DNA from: Phoronis australis
Taxonomy: Eukaryota > Animalia > Phoronida
Direction: 5' to 3'
Assembly: GCA_002633005.1 (NCBI GenBank)
Contig: NMRA01000227.1
Span: forward strand, 506,219-570,218
Length of the DNA: 64,000 nt
Shown here: positions 1-12,700 of the stretch, one piece after another
Position numbering within the stretch: the first letter of the stretch is position 1
Layout of the letters: every line of letters starts with the position of its first letter
The notes under the pieces: generated by a model
What the model was told of the DNA's origin: nothing
The model's database searches: none
What the model saw: only the letters and a program-made list of their open reading frames with translations
Translations under genes and position numbers: made by a program

Positions 1-59
1 CCTTAAAAGGCAGNGCAGTTTTTCCTGTTTGAGACGTTCTCCGTTTTTTTTGTTTTTTT

Positions 60-256
60 TTGCCTTTTTTCTTGAATAATACTTCAGGAATCATGGAAAA
101 TGCTTGATTTTTAGAGGTAAAAACAGAAAAATTTCCTGGGCGACCTCCCCCCATTCGGTGCTATGCGCATCTACAATCGTGGTTCAGTTTTCGCAAATTC
201 TTGCAGCCGGAAAAAAATTTGGGCCCCCCCCTTGTGATATCCTAGATCCGCCACTG
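60..256 (-). mobile_element. Dispersed MITE-like repeat (terminus CAGTGGCGGATCTAGG)
   Basis: Its reverse complement aligns with 27054-27245 (cagtggcggatctaggatatca...aagcattttcc.tgattcctgaagtatt). Confidence 0.7.
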
Positions 257-1278
257 TACTGTATCAAGAGAAATAGCAGGTGCTGATATCGTGACTAGTC
301 TGGAATCAACAGCCTGAGGAATTAGTAACAGCTCGATCTAACGAAGCTTTTCGATCAAGCCCCACATCGCTGCTGTTCTGATTATTGTACTCTCTCCCTG
401 TTGACACGATGCCAGTAACGGTTACTGCAACGTAATGGACAGATTCAGATTCAGAGTGTGAGTGAGTGGGTGTGCGTGGAATGACTCAATGAGAATATTG
501 CTGCTGCTAAACTACACAAAAAACTGAAGAATTTTAGAAGTGTTCATACCTGGTCATTGTGGTGTATACGGAGTCTAATGTACGCTGTCTACGGCTTCTG
601 AAAACTTAGTACTGTGGCTTATCCAGAAACGATCTACAAACGAAAGCAAGCCGAACCAAAAAGTTTTTGTTTGATGTATTATTACCTCCAGTACTCAAGA
701 GCTTGAGAAAGGGAAAGTTCCAAGCTTTGTTACGGTGGCGGAATTTTTAAAAGGTAAAATGTCATGCTGGAGAACGTTATTTGACAAAATAAGTACCTTC
801 ATACCTGTTTTTGTTGCTCTATATCTCAATTCTTCAGAGTTTGTTGCAGAAAAATCGTGAAAAAGTGAAAGAAACCCAACTTAAAAGCATACTAGACACT
901 AGCTGATTACAATACAAAGTCAAGGCTAAGCCGCTGAAGGGATGGTTTAAAATACGACGAATAGCCCTCACGGCCTCACGTGTATGTTACCAATTTTTTG
1001 AGCAAATTGAGTCTGTTGTTCAGTGTTGTTGAGTGAAATTATGCGAGAAGTGACCTTAAAAGGCAGTTGTGGTTCCCCGGTTGTCAAAAGAGAGCTACAT
1101 AGCTGTAACCAATCAATCAAAATGTATACTTGACTCTTTAGTTGAGCATTCCCGTTTCAGGGCCATGCATTGTCATCACCTGCAGGCCTTTGCCCAATTG
1201 GCGCCCATAGCACAGGCCTTGTATTGCCTAACTACCACTACACAGCCACAGCCGGGCGTTATCAACATGTGCAATGAA

Positions 1279-1334
1279 CTAGGCAATGACCATCGCCTCT
1301 GTTCGGGCCAACAGAGGCGATGGTCATTGCCTAG
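1279..1334. repeat. Perfect inverted repeat: 25-bp stem, 6-nt loop
   Basis: ctaggcaatgaccatcgcctctgtt-cgggcc-aacagaggcgatggtcattgcctag. Confidence 0.95.
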
Positions 1335-3741
1335 CAATGAACATGACTCCTCATTTTGGTCACCTATGACTCGTTTTAGCATGTTGTCAATGTAATGAGC
1401 TAGGTGGACAGTGGGGTAAACTGGTGTACTGGGCCTAATGTGTGGAACTAATTAACAGTGCTTAATTAGAACCAGGGCTGGCAATTTAAGCCCACTCAAC
1501 CTGGTTACTTAGCCAGAAGTCAGTGTTCTCACACATATAATAGCCCCAGTGTATTGGTTTTTGTATTTTAAACATTTTCTCATGACATCAAGTTGCCTTT
1601 AGAGACCTTTTGCTACTCCAAGATGTAGGCTTGGCAAGGTGCTTAGGACATCAAAGGTATTTGGCAACTGCAAGGTCATAAGGAAAAGCCCGAGTTAACT
1701 GAGCGCGTAAATCTTTGTTAGAAAGTAGTACACATGCAATTATTTCCATTGCATTGGAAACACAAAGGGTGTGGTAATAGGCTGATTAGTGCAAGTGAGC
1801 AGGGTGGGTGGTGTGTAATTTGCAATCACAACTCATAAGTCACGTAAGATGCAAAATGAAGCTAAATATTTGTAAATGTCTGAGGGCCTCTGGATTATGT
1901 CTGTTAGGTTGAAACGTATAGGCAGATCACTGACCACTAGTTTTCCAAATGTTGCGTCATGCAAAATGCAAGCCTCTCAATGTTTCATATTTTCCTATTT
2001 TCCAAGTGAGCTTTTTGGAAGTGTTTCTACATTTTTCTCAGACTCCTGCACTTGGTCAAAGTTTGTCAATGAATCTAATGAAGAAACATCAATCAAAATA
2101 AAATGCAATCTTGCTAACTTTGTCTATTAGATTTTTCAGACTGTTGGATTGCACAGTGGCTCCTCTTTGACGCTAGAAACTGTGATGAAGGGCTGTTTGA
2201 AATAAGGTTGTCAAAGTTCATGTGTTCATCCTTCGATTACTAAAAGGAGGAGAGAAGATGGAGACTCTCTGGAATTATTTGGCTAAGTTTTGGTTTTTGA
2301 AAGGGTATTCTCCATTTTATGAATACCTTCAGTCAAATTATCATTCATTCATTTCTTGCATAGCCATTTCTTTCCATATATTATGATGTTGAGGCATAAT
2401 ACACTAGAAGTTTGTGCGTTACAATTTCCCAAATTCACTTGTAAATATGCAGTGGTTGCTCTAACTGTGCCTTTTTTTACTTCTTCGCAACTTTTTTCTA
2501 CTTTTTGTGAAGTACCTTTCCTACTTTTTCTTACTTAGTTGTGACAAGCTGTTGGCCTGACTAGATTTTACTGGTTTGTTTGTCAAAAGCCGTTGGCCTG
2601 ACTAGATTTCACTTCATTTTTGACATCGTTTCTCGAATCACATTAACTTTACACAAAGAGGCATTTTTAGTAAAATGACATGGGCGGGAAAAGAGCCTTT
2701 TGTCGTGCATTTAGTTACTTGCTTTGCCAACATCTGTGTTCACTAGTAGCACCCTAACTGTGGCAGGTTAAGTTAGGTAAAAAATTCATATGTTTATCGT
2801 CCAGGGCTCATCCAGAGACTGACGCGGGTAACACATCTTATTTTTATTTTTTGTGTTATAACATCGCCGGAAGTGCTATCACACACTCCCATGGTGAAGT
2901 CTGCATATGGATATGCATCTGCGGAAAGACTGTTATAAGATTTATTTCATATACTTGGACATTGACCTCTTGCAAGCAAGCATGTTCCTGAAGCGTTATT
3001 TGAAGTAATTTATGTATCTTAATGTTTGAGGTTATTTGTCAATCAACCACATAGGGAAACATGACAGTGCAGTCGATATGATTTGCAGGTATTGTATGTA
3101 CCTAGAGAGCGTGCACTCTGACGCAACACAACCTGGTGATTTGTATGTGCAAGTTCTTTCACGTTCAGCGAACACTTTTTACTCTCGCTTGCAAACAAAA
3201 AATCGAAATATGAAATAAATAATGGCACAGCACATTTTTAGTCGCAGGCAGGAATGGTCAACAAGTATACCAACCTTATGTGTTCTAGTGATCAAAAAGT
3301 ATACTGACCTTATGTGTACTTAAGTGCTATTAAATCAGCCATGAAATCATTATGATTCTGTTTAGTAGTACAGTCTATTAAAACTGCTTTCGTTACCTTG
3401 GAATTAAAAAACAACACTGCTGAGACCATTTCACTTATCAGCATTGTAAGATATTTCAGTTACTTACTAAATGGCCAATTGGTGTGGTGTTGTCATGTGG
3501 TCAAGTCAGCTTACTTTAGTAGCAGCCCTTCATTGACACAAGCTTGTTTAAAGACACTGCACACCAGAAGATAGTGGATTGTATAGAGAGTACATACCAG
3601 TATACACATTAAGCTGTGTTACAAAAAGTAAGGTTGTGTCTTCAACCAAGGTCATGTGATAACTACCTGATCATGACCAAACGGAACCTGTTTTCATTCG
3701 CAGGTAACAAAGACACCATATATTGATTGTTAACCGACAAA

Positions 3742-3772
3742 ATGGAGTGTGATAACAAGGGACATCCTGCAG
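3742..3772 (+). CDS. Gene A coding exon 1 (MECDNKGHPA); the exon probably starts at 3704
   Basis: Acceptor ttttcattcgcag|3704, aaaATGG start context, donor G|gtttgt, phase 1 matching the next exon. Confidence 0.6.
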
Positions 3773-6700
3773 GTTTGTACTGTTTTTCTTCCCCTCGTTA
3801 CAGATGTTATTGGCATCCTGATGTATGCGATGAAGTCAAAACAAACATGTATAACCCTCGCTATTGTATAGAAATAACTTTCTCATGTATAGCAGCACTT
3901 TCCTGGCCTGTTCAATAGGTAAACATGTACAATATAACTGTCAGAAATTTCTCTTTTTAAAGTTAATATATGTTGAAGTCTTTAATTCCAATTTGTTTCC
4001 AGTTTTTGACAGTGTTATAATTGATAGCTTTCACTTCCACAATTCTTCAATTGTTCAAGGCCATGATATTGAAATTGATGAAACATTTATTTGATGCAAC
4101 TGCAAAACCAATGAAGTAAATTTCCACTTGTCCATCGTATTGTGTTCATAATTGGTGAGTGAAGGGGGTGGGGGGGCTGTATAAAGTTCAACCCAAACCT
4201 TCATTGACTATTGATACATGTTTACTCTACCTGACAAATAGCTGCCTGAACTTATGTTTGAATATTTTCTAAGGCAATGCATATTCATTTGAAGATTTCA
4301 TAACATATACTTTCAAAAACAATTTTGCAGTATATTTAGTATTTGCAACAAGGCTATGTTCCAAGTTTCCTTAAAATTTTGTTGGCAGTGGGAAATCAGG
4401 CGATTCTAAAAAATTGGTGAAAAACAAAATTTGTCCAATGGTTCAATTAATTCATGGGGTTTAAACTATGTTTTCTAGGTTTATTTATGTAAATTAAGTC
4501 CAGTGATAGGGTACAGTTATTTTTTCATGTAATTTACCCCCGCCAATGACAGTGCCCCCTCGGTTGATCTCTGTTAAGTTTAGACTTTGGAACAAGTTGT
4601 TGTTTTGTAATTTTTGTGTGGTTATTTGTTCCCTACTGCTGTGTTTTCCATAACTTGTTTTGATTTGTGGCACTAATGAGTTTAGATTCCTTGGATTTAG
4701 GTACAAAACTCTCCCACAATATCATCACGGTATTTTGAGCATTTTGTTTTTGCCATTGAGTTTAAATTTTCTGTAGTGAAGAACACTCTATTGGTGAAGA
4801 TCTTAACCAAGAAAGTTACATAGGTGGGTGTTCAAACATGTAGTACACTCTATTGATGAAGATCTTAACCAAGAAAGTTACATAGGTGGGTGTTCAAACA
4901 TATAATACACTTAGTTTTATGTGTTGTTTAGCGTCTCTATTGCGCAAGTTTTGATTTTTATATTTAAATATAAGTTCTTTGTGAGATTGCAGTTATAAAA
5001 TCCTTGCATATGCTATATATGGTCAGTTGTGGGAGGGGAAATAAATTAATTTTAATGTAAGCCTTATCCAGCTGAAAGCTTCTCTGAAGACCCACATTGG
5101 CATGCTTTATATAACTGCAGACTTGAATGCCACAGTTCTGCTAACAGAGACCGATGTAGATAGCTTGGAACAGGAGATTATGTCGTTGTGCCATGCAGAG
5201 TTCTTTCACCCGGATGGTGAACACGCCCAAAAATACGATGAGCTAATTCAAGACGTCATGAATCTGTGTAATGATGGACCATACACATGTGAAACACTGG
5301 ACCTTAATGACTCTGCTGTGTCTGTGATTCCCAATGAAACTAAAGGTAAGATTTTTATAAATGTTACTTGAACACAACACTGGAGGACGGATTGTAGCTT
5401 CCCTATAATTTTGGATGAACACATGTTCTTGGGTTGGCGCATAATGCAGTAACTTTCTGAAGTTTATTGCAATAATGAAGAGAACTTGTAGACATGGACA
5501 CACTCTTTGAATTAATACCAAGATCTTTGATCAGCCACCTCTGTCATGATGACAGTGTCAACACATTTAGATGTACACAAGATGTAACTGTGAACGTGAT
5601 ACACACTAGGGTAATGAAGGGCTTGCTGTAGTGAGCTTAATTTTTCTCATCCAGTGGCATACGTGGATTCACTGGGTGATTTGCAATCTGCATTGCAAGA
5701 TCTTTGTGAAATTTAGCAGATGTGTTCTAATGGAGTTGGGAATGGATGACGATGAGCTTCAGACCAATCTAACTACAGCTGTGCCTCCTAGTGGCAATTT
5801 TATTTTTTACGTTTGCCTCTGTAACTTCAGAGTTCTTTGATGCTTTTTCATGAAATTTGGCAAACAAGTTTCTATTATGAAGGCAACAGCATGCTTCCTT
5901 TTTGTGATAGATTAAATGTATTCTGCACTAACTTAAGTGGCCATTTAAATTTTTAAGCTGTTTTTTGTCATCTTCTGTATTGGCCAAATTGCGCACATGA
6001 TCATTATGAAAATTGGCAGAAGGGATCCTACTAACAAAAGCAGGACTGCTATTAATTTTCAAATGGATCCAACTACTGTGGTTCCCCCTTGTGACATCTG
6101 TTTCCCATCTATGGCTTAATTATCTCTCAAAACCCCTTACAAGATGTTTTTGAAATTTTGTTATTGTATTCCTGTTAACTTTTTTCTTTAAGCACAGCTC
6201 CGGAAATCGCCTTCGTATTATATCCAGGTTCTCATTCACTCCAATTGCATACATTCACTAGTAAGACGGATCTCAGACGAGTAGAAGACAGCTTTGTGCA
6301 ATGCTCTATTGTCAACCAGTAAAGCCAGGATTTGAACGCGGCTCTCCTAAACGGGAACCTGGAGCTCAAGCCACTAAGCCACACTCCTCTCTTGTTAACT
6401 TGACAGCAGATGGCCAGATTTGAGTACCGCTGTGCTTCTTAATGGCAGTTGCAGGGTGTCAAGTTTTCTTTTTTACCTATTAGGACTCCTATTTTCTCCT
6501 ACTTTTCTGTGAGTTTCCTATTTTTTCAAATTTTTTACTCATGAGTCCAAATAAAAGGCCGTCAATAGACCATTGTTTCTCATAGCTGACATTTAACTCG
6601 GTTGTGCTTAAAATGATTCTGGGTTAGGTGAATTTGTTTCTTTAAGCTTCAGACACTGGGGAATCTAGTTGTGTTTTTGCACTTCATGGTGGTGAAACTA

Positions 6701-9700
6701 CTTGCAATAATTGTAAGTATTTTAATAACCATGAAACTTATGTTAATTAAATTGATAAGCATACAAGGAACTGGAGGGTGATGAGAGTACATGAAGGAAG
6801 CTAGAGAAACTACTGAAGCATAAGCCTGTGATAAAGAAGTCTATCTTACGTGGCACTGCGCTCTTTCTTCATTGTTTCGATACAGTAGCTCCAACACACT
6901 GCTGAGTCCTCTGTGGTGGGAAAGCAAGAACTCTGTTATAGTGATGCGGAAGATGCAACCAACTGCTGACAACTTGTTTCGGGTGGTGGATGAATGGAAA
7001 ATGTATCAGTGCGCTTGAGATGTGCCACCGTTTGATTCCAGTGTTGCAGTTGAAGGGTTATGGAATGATGTTTTTTACTGAGTGGTGTGGAAACTAAATG
7101 CCGAGACAGAAAGAAGTCTGTCCATTATTTCTCACATTCTTTCTGAAGATCGGTGAAGCAACTGTGGTAGGCCTCTGCACTGTGAAGGAAGCTGTTCAGT
7201 TTTACAATCCTGTGGATGGCAAGTCTTACACAATTCCATCGACAAAGTGGATCAGATTGGACTACAAATATGCCCAGTCAAATTATCAGGCATGACTAGA
7301 AGAGAGACAAGAATAGGAGCAACTAGAAAGATAATTGTCAAGGTGTGACAATAATGTACTCTGCGTCTGTTTTATTGGAATTAGTATGGGCAGTTATTAA
7401 CAACAACCCGTTTACCAAGATTAAAAAGAATTCTTTCAAAGTTTGGGACAAAATATCCCGTTGATAAATCTGGTGACCTTTGTGACCTAGTATGATGAAG
7501 GAATAAGTGTTTACTAGAGGAGAAGTGTGGTCAATGCTAAGAATCACAGATGTCGTACTTTAAGTACTTTAGAATAAAAGTTGAATGAAAAAGTCAGAAT
7601 TCCCCCCCCCCACCCCCAAGAATACATGTTGAATAAAAGGTCAAAATTTCAGGCGAAAAATGCATCTGGTGACCCTCATGGTTGTACCGAATCACCTGAA
7701 ACTTTATTATAATTCGAACTCAATTACAATTACTAAACAGATATGTGAATTAAGTGTCTCGCTCAAAATCTTAGTTTGCACTCATTCACCTTTGACCTAT
7801 TTCTGATTGGATGGCTGTTTGCTTATCGTAAAGTGGCGTTATTTGGTTGGCAAGTATGCTTACACCTGTGTGCTGAAATTGTGAATTCCTTGAAACATGT
7901 TTTTAAAATTAGATGACCTTTGCACTATCTGACTCTGTTCAGTGCCCTTTTAGAAAAAACAACACTGGAAAGTACGTGAAAGGTGTGCTTAATGCTGGGA
8001 ATCACAGCTGTCTAACTGTTGACAGATCTGAATATGTGTTGAATAAAAAGGTCGATATTTCAGAAGGAAAAATGCACCTAATTGTCTTGTAGATTTATAC
8101 CTGTTCACCTAATTTGAAGAGGGAACCTTTGGAACTGAAGAAGGAGTTAGCATTTTGAAAATTACTTGACCTTTGCACCAAATGACCTCTTCTGGTGCAT
8201 TATATAATATGATTTATATAATGATCAAAATTTATATATTTTGCTTAATGAAATACATTAAATTTAAAGAACTTACCTGCACACTTTAGAGTTATTAAGT
8301 GTTAGAGCTGGTTGGAAGAATATAATTGAAAGAAAAAAATCCAAAACAATAGTAATCTTCGCTTACACGTGCAGAGTAATTATGGCAAGAAGCACAATTA
8401 AACAAGGAAACTTGAAAAGGAGACAGCACAGAAACATCAGGAAAAGTTGAAATGTGAAAAATCACTTTTTGAGTCAGAAGACCATCTCGCTAAAGAAGAA
8501 GAAAATGTCTTTCGAGAGTTGAAGGCTGCGAATGAGCTCATGTCTGAGGCTAATGCAAAACTCTGAGTTCATCAGCTGTCTCCAAGCAATGAATGACTGT
8601 TGCATCCATGATGCTCGACTCTGCAACAGCAAAACGTGATGAACTGAGTAAACGCATTGATGAAATTGGTGGAAAACGAAAGCATCTTGAAAGCAAAACA
8701 TATAAGTTCCTTTAAAAAGCTATGTCCAGTGATCCAGTCGCTGCAGACATCAAAGAATGCATAGACTGTGTGCCCAGTTTTGCTGAGATCCAGTCTCTGC
8801 AGACATCAAAGAATACATAGACTGTGTGCCCAGTTTTGCTGAGATCCAGTCTCTGCAGACATCAAAGAATACATAGACTGTGTGCCCAGTTTTGCTGAGA
8901 TCCAGTCTCTGCAGACATCAAAGAATACATAGACTGTGTGCCCAGTTTTGCTGAGAACATTAATTTGTTGAGTGTTACTAGCAAACTGAGTTGAAGTGTT
9001 CCATATATGGACTGATATGTAGAATATGATTAGTTCTTTTTTGTTTTTTGTGTTTTGAGAAGACAACAACGTAAAGATACTCCTTTTTTCCCTATTTTGT
9101 CATGATTTTTTCCTACCTTTTTCCTATTTTTCACTGTTTTTTAAGGCCTTGTGTTTCTTGGCATCCTGCATTTGACTTTGTCTCCTTGGAGTTCTTTGAT
9201 GGATTTTCATGAAGTTTGCAAGGTTTATCATAAAGTTTGGCAAATAGTTTTGAGAGACGACACCTTCTTATTTTTGGATGGGCTCAATGAATTCTGGCCA
9301 TCTAATGGTCATTTTTATGATACAAATAAACACCTCTAGAAGCAGCACCATTTGTGGTGCTGTCGTGGGTGCATTTCAGTGTTCTGCGTTGTTTTGTATA
9401 TCTTCCTATGTTTTATTTTCAGACTCTCTAGAAACAAAAGATCATCCAGCTGAGTTTCTGGGGAGCCCAATCACTCCTGGACGTTTTAAAGGTATGCTTT
9501 GAAATTAATTGCATAACATAGTTCATCGTCTTGAAAACAACATCAAATCGAATTCTGGGGCCCGTTTTATCACAGGTCATCAGTTCAGTCTCTAAGACAT
9601 TCTTAACTTACAATTTTAATTTGCACCCTCTTCATGTGGGTCATGGAGGAGGTAGTGAAGTCTGTATATAAAAAGTTGCCAACTTCCTGGCCATTGCAAT

Positions 9701-12700
9701 GTTTTGCTCAGTAAAAAAATGCATTGTCGTGTTTGCAACAATGCGTTTTCAATTGTGCTAGCTTTGACCAGACTCAGGAGCTTTAGACATACAGAACCCA
9801 GGTAAACTGTAAGATATTTTCCATAAATTGAACTGAGACTAAAGTAAAATATTTCATGAGCATATCACCAAGGGAATAGATAGACTTTTTTGTCAATTAC
9901 TCATTGACTCTACCAGTGTCACCTGTACACAAGGTTTGTGTACACAGATGATACTTGTTGGACACTATATCTTACACAAGGTTTGTGTACACAGATGATA
10001 CTTGTTGGACACTATATCTTACACAAGGTTTGTGTACACAGATGATACTTCTTGGACACTTTATGAATATGTACTATGATTTGTATCTAACGTATGGCAT
10101 TTATTACTAACTAAAACATGTTGTACCCATGTGCGTATTTAAGTTTTTGTACACATATCATAATAAATAACAGTTTTCAACCACTCACCTCTTGTGTTAT
10201 TCTGCAACAGAGCTTGTAGTTTAACCCAGGCAAACTAGATTTTGATAAAGTAGATTACCGGTATTAGGTTTTAATAAAGAGGAAGTTGGATATCGACTAT
10301 GACATCATCGTTGTTTTTGTTTAAATTTGAGGAAACTTTACCGTGCACACGTTGACTCAAATTTCTGATACAAAACTTAATTGAAATAATAGGCTTGAAG
10401 ATATAATATATCTTCAAGTCTATTATTTCAATGTTTTATTAGCTGTATATTCTAATTGAACAGGAGTTGCAAAAGTCAGACACAATACATCAACTGCCGG
10501 AAAGTATGCTGAAAATGATGATGACGACGAAGATAATTGCAGTGAAGTGGCCATCAGCCTGTTACATCATCTTGATAAAGAGGCTCCGGAAGATGTCAGT
10601 ACTGGCTCTCACTGTCCTTCTACATCTCAACAGGAGGAGCTGAACACGATGAGTCAAGACTCATTTCTGGCCAATATTGATGACATGGTGGTCATTGATG
10701 AGTACTGTGGTGAGAGTACAGACCTGGATGAACCTCATAAGGGGACACAACAGATCTCTACAGGTGAGGTCAGGGCAAACCATACCTGTTGACATAAAAA
10801 GTCTTATACAGCGATTGTTGTTTGTATAGACATTGGTTCAAAAGTTGATTATGAATTCTTATTTGATACATGAAAAATTATAGTGTATAGACTCGATTTA
10901 AATATAAAAGGCCAGATCAGCACATGCAAATGACTGATGGTCATCAGGATGAACTGTGCGTGTTCGTGAGACGGAAATGTCTCATTTTCTCTCATGTTTG
11001 TTTGTAAATGTCTATTGGTAATTTGGTTTATAACTGCACACCAGAGATTATGAGTGAGTGTGCATCAAGCTATCGAACAGAAAGTACAATCATGTTTTCA
11101 AACAACATTATACAACAACTAAAATCCAATCTTTGTATTATACAACAATAACAATCCAATCTTTGCATTATACCACAAGCACCTTTGGAATAAGCTGTAG
11201 ATGCAGTAACAGTGCAACAATACTAACAGTGCAGCAATACTGTAGCTAATGTCACATTTAATGTCAGCTTGTCAGGGTTAAGTTGCTTCCTTCACAGTAA
11301 TAGGAGTCTCTTTCACTTCATCTACAGTAGAGAAAGGAGTTTGATATGACTCAGTGACATTATATAGTGAGTTGCTGACTTACTGTATGATTCTTTATCC
11401 TGTTTCAGCCCAGGAGCACACTTCTACAGTTTATAGTGATTGTGCTGAAACTACAAGCTCAACGATAGAAAGACCAACATTCTTGTCGCCAGGTGGTCGA
11501 ATGCAGTCACCTATAATGCAACACAAACAGACACATGGTTGGGAAGTGATAAAGGAAGACAGGCCGGTAGAGTTGGACTTGTATCCAGACTCTGATGACT
11601 CATTGTTAGATGAAATGTCTGGTGCAAGTTCTTCATCTAGGAACATAGCTACGGCAGATATGTTGCGTGTGAGTGAATCTGAGTGTGAAAGCACTGACAA
11701 CACTGGGGCATTGATGTCCTGTAGAAAATCAGATGAACATCTAGACAAACTTGTCACTACTGTAAACTCAGGTCAGCGCATGGTCTTTTCAGGAACATCT
11801 CTAGATGAGAGTCCCAATATGTTTGAAGGAAACGTCCTCCCGTTGTTTGAAGACACTCACCAAGTCTTGAGTGAGGGTGTTGACAAAGAGCTTAACTGTG
11901 ATTCAGAGAACAGTCGGAAGCCTGTTGAACACAAATGTGACCTGTTTGATATAAGAGCTGCAAAAATTCCTTCAGCCTGTTGGGAAGATACTACTGAAAA
12001 AAAGTCAAATGTTTTTCAGCGCCTAGGTCCTTCAATTGATCGTCTGAAAACAAAGCTGATTAGGAAGTTGAGTGAAAAATCTCAGACAAGTCCTATAGAA
12101 GAACCTAGCAGAACTGGTGGGGAGACAAAAGTGTCCTGTCTTGTCCAAAAGTTTGAACAGGCTGACCACTGTCTAGTGAAGCAGGAATTTGAGAGTTCTC
12201 ACCAGGTTTCAGGTATTCATACTCTTAGTCAGAGACATGGTTTCAACCCTACCGACTGGATTAAAAAGGAACTGAAAAGCAGTGGAGATGAATCAACCAA
12301 AGTGGAACATTTAGAGGAGGAAGAGGAGGCTGTGAAATGTAGAGACCAGCTGAAAGTGCGCCATCTTGTGCAGAAGTTTGAAGAGAAGACCTGTAAGGAG
12401 ACACAGGCAGCAGCAGAGATTAGTGTCCAGGACAAGAAAGATGAAGCTAAGCAGCATCTGCCTAACTTGCGAAGAATGACTGTAGAAATCAACCAAGCTA
12501 AGGCAAAGTTTGTGGTGATGAAGTGGGGTTCTGAAGGCATACCAAATCCAGAGGTGAATCTTACCTGTGCCACTTATTTAAGGCGGAAGACTTCGTTGAA
12601 AGGTGTCATGGAAATAGGTCTTCTTGAGGGAGATCACCACTATGCTAGTAAACTAAGCACGTATTCTACTGCCAGTCGCAAGAGAAAACTAAATGAAGTC

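Larger units (their letters stand above)
6452..9168 (+). mobile_element. Decayed hAT-like DNA transposon with C-terminal transposase remnants
   Basis: Imperfect TIRs CAGGGTGTCAAG / CTTGGCATCCTG; cctatttt subterminal repeats at both ends. Stop-containing translations VVDEWKMYQCA*DVPPFDSSVAVEGLWNDVF (~6980-7075) and GEATVVGLCTVKEAVQFY (~7150-7205), plus a coiled-coil tail (~8400-8700), resemble hAT transposase C-termini. TSD not clean. Confidence 0.65.
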
